From the NCBI GenBank assembly GCA_009694725.1, contig SICV01000001.1, positions 1 through 63,218 on the forward strand: a stretch of DNA of 63,218 bases, given 5' to 3'. The DNA is from Candidatus Pacearchaeota archaeon (lineage in GTDB: Archaea > Nanobdellota > Nanobdellia > Pacearchaeales > GW2011-AR1). Position 1 is the first letter of the stretch; each line of letters opens with the position of its first letter. Of this stretch, positions 62,298-63,218 are shown piece after piece. Under the pieces are notes generated by a model. That model was not told where the DNA came from, did no database searches, and saw nothing but the letters and a program-made list of their open reading frames with translations. The translations under genes were made by a program, and so were the position numbers.

Positions 62298-63218
62298 ATG
62301 AAGATCTTGGAATTAACCACGTTTAGCGCGGGGGGATGTGGGGTCTGGCGACGAGTGCAGCAAGAGGCTCAGTTATTGGCTGGGCGAGGACATAGTGTGC
62401 AGGTTTTTTCTACCAATAGAGTTAAGGGAGAATCGGGAACTGCTCTTCTAGAAGAGAAAGACGGGAAGGTGCAGATACAACGGTTTCCCGCCTGGAAATT
62501 AGGGGGAGAAAGCTTCATGTATTGGAATTGCCTTTCCGAGATTTGTGCCCTTAAGCCTGATGTGATTATTGCTCATTCCTATCGACATAGGCATACCCAT
62601 ATTGCTTTGCACGCACAAAAGAAACTTGGTTGTAGGGTGTTCCTCGTTACGCATGCCCCCTTTGGACGGGAAGCTTCACGAGGTATGTTTGGGAATTGTG
62701 CTGTTTCGTTGTATGATTCGTGGATTGGTCCGGGCAAACTCAAACGGTTCGATGGTATCTGCACGATTACGCATTGGGAAGAGTCGTACCTTGAGAAGCT
62801 GGGTGTTCCGAAAGAGAAAATGACGTACCTCCCTAATGGAATAGATACTGCCTTTTTTAGTAAAACTAAGACAGGCTCCGGAAAAGACGCGATACTCTTC
62901 TTGGGGCGCATTGCACCGATTAAACAACTTGAAACTGTCTTGGGGGCACTTGCATCGTTACCTGTTTCGAAACGTATTCCCTGTACGATTGTAGGTCCGG
63001 GTGAACCAGAGTACACTGCGCAGTTACGTGCCCTTATTATAAAACATACACTCTCGGATACTGTTACGCTTACTGATACGTCCTACACCGCGCCTGAAGC
63101 ACGTACTTGGTTGGATAGTCATCGGTATTTCATTCTTCCGAGCAAGAGTGAAGGGATGCCCCAAGCACTTGTAGAAGCAATGGCTCGGGGGCGTGTGGTG
63201 ATTGCAAGTGATAATCCG
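62298..63218 (+). CDS. GT4-family (GT-B) glycosyltransferase, 3' end outside the window
   Basis: Not in the ORF track because there is no stop in the window. MKILELTTFSAGGCGVW...; the C-terminal half has FLGRIAPIKQ and the ILPSKSEGMPQALVEAMARG E-x7-E motif. In frame to the last base. Confidence 0.7.
   Translation, partial: MKILELTTFSAGGCGVWRRVQQEAQLLAGRGHSVQVFSTNRVKGESGTALLEEKDGKVQIQRFPAWKLGGESFMYWNCLSEICALKPDVIIAHSYRHRHTHIALHAQKKLGCRVFLVTHAPFGREASRGMFGNCAVSLYDSWIGPGKLKRFDGICTITHWEESYLEKLGVPKEKMTYLPNGIDTAFFSKTKTGSGKDAILFLGRIAPIKQLETVLGALASLPVSKRIPCTIVGPGEPEYTAQLRALIIKHTLSDTVTLTDTSYTAPEARTWLDSHRYFILPSKSEGMPQALVEAMARGRVVIASDNP

Noticed and set aside
62579-63016. 145-aa and 83-aa ORFs antisense to the terminal GT4 gene, plus the + strand 62569-62823 ORF in another frame
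   Set aside because: The + strand frame starting at 62298 carries the GT4 E-x7-E motif and is open to the window end. The others are shadows.

Overview
This is an archaeal chromosomal window of about 63 kb and roughly 42% G+C. TTTAAATAG-type TATA boxes sit 20-27 nt upstream of many ATGs, so most mRNAs are probably leaderless. Many neighbouring genes overlap by 1-8 nt (ATGA/TAATG junctions). Lineage markers are archaeal r-proteins (L18e, L21e), RNA polymerase subunits D/F/N, RNase P Rpp21, SecF-SecD, a stand-alone 5S rRNA and six tRNAs. Three of the tRNAs carry introns at position 37/38.

Layout from left to right:
- 1-374: a truncated integrase next to tRNA-Ser.
- 0.5-12.5 kb: housekeeping genes (CuA-type cupredoxin, msrA, thrC, ileS, TrmB-family regulator, TatD).
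- 12.5-15.6 kb: a small Cys-rich repeat protein translationally coupled to a heavily sequon-loaded, membrane-anchored S8 protease.
- 15.6-19.5 kb: an orphan-gene patch with an intron-containing tRNA-Leu, an att-like 34-bp duplication and a Xer-type recombinase.
- 19.6-24.8 kb: a rearranged S13-S4-S11-RpoD / L18e-L13-S9 ribosomal cluster.
- 25.2-31.8 kb: a copper island (DsbA-like, Met/Gly-rich membrane protein, Cys/Met cupredoxin, a C2H2 zinc-finger membrane protein, ArsR, multicopper oxidase, CopZ, CopA).
- 31.8-37.6 kb: a MacB/FtsX-type ABC locus with embedded unknown genes.
- 37.7-41.8 kb: rpoN, rnp4, 5S rRNA, three tRNAs and secFD.
- 42.6-63.2 kb: a >20 kb mosaic surface-glycan locus (GT2/GT4/GT39-like transferases, flippase, dTDP-sugar genes, a C-methyltransferase and a ColD/E1-type sugar 3-dehydratase).

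No CRISPR array, transposase or recognisable defence system was seen. The candidates I rank highest for novelty are the copper-island C2H2 membrane protein, the accessory genes in the ABC locus, the Cys-rich peptide/protease pair and the deoxysugar pathway.

All functional calls come from motif recognition by eye. No database search was run.
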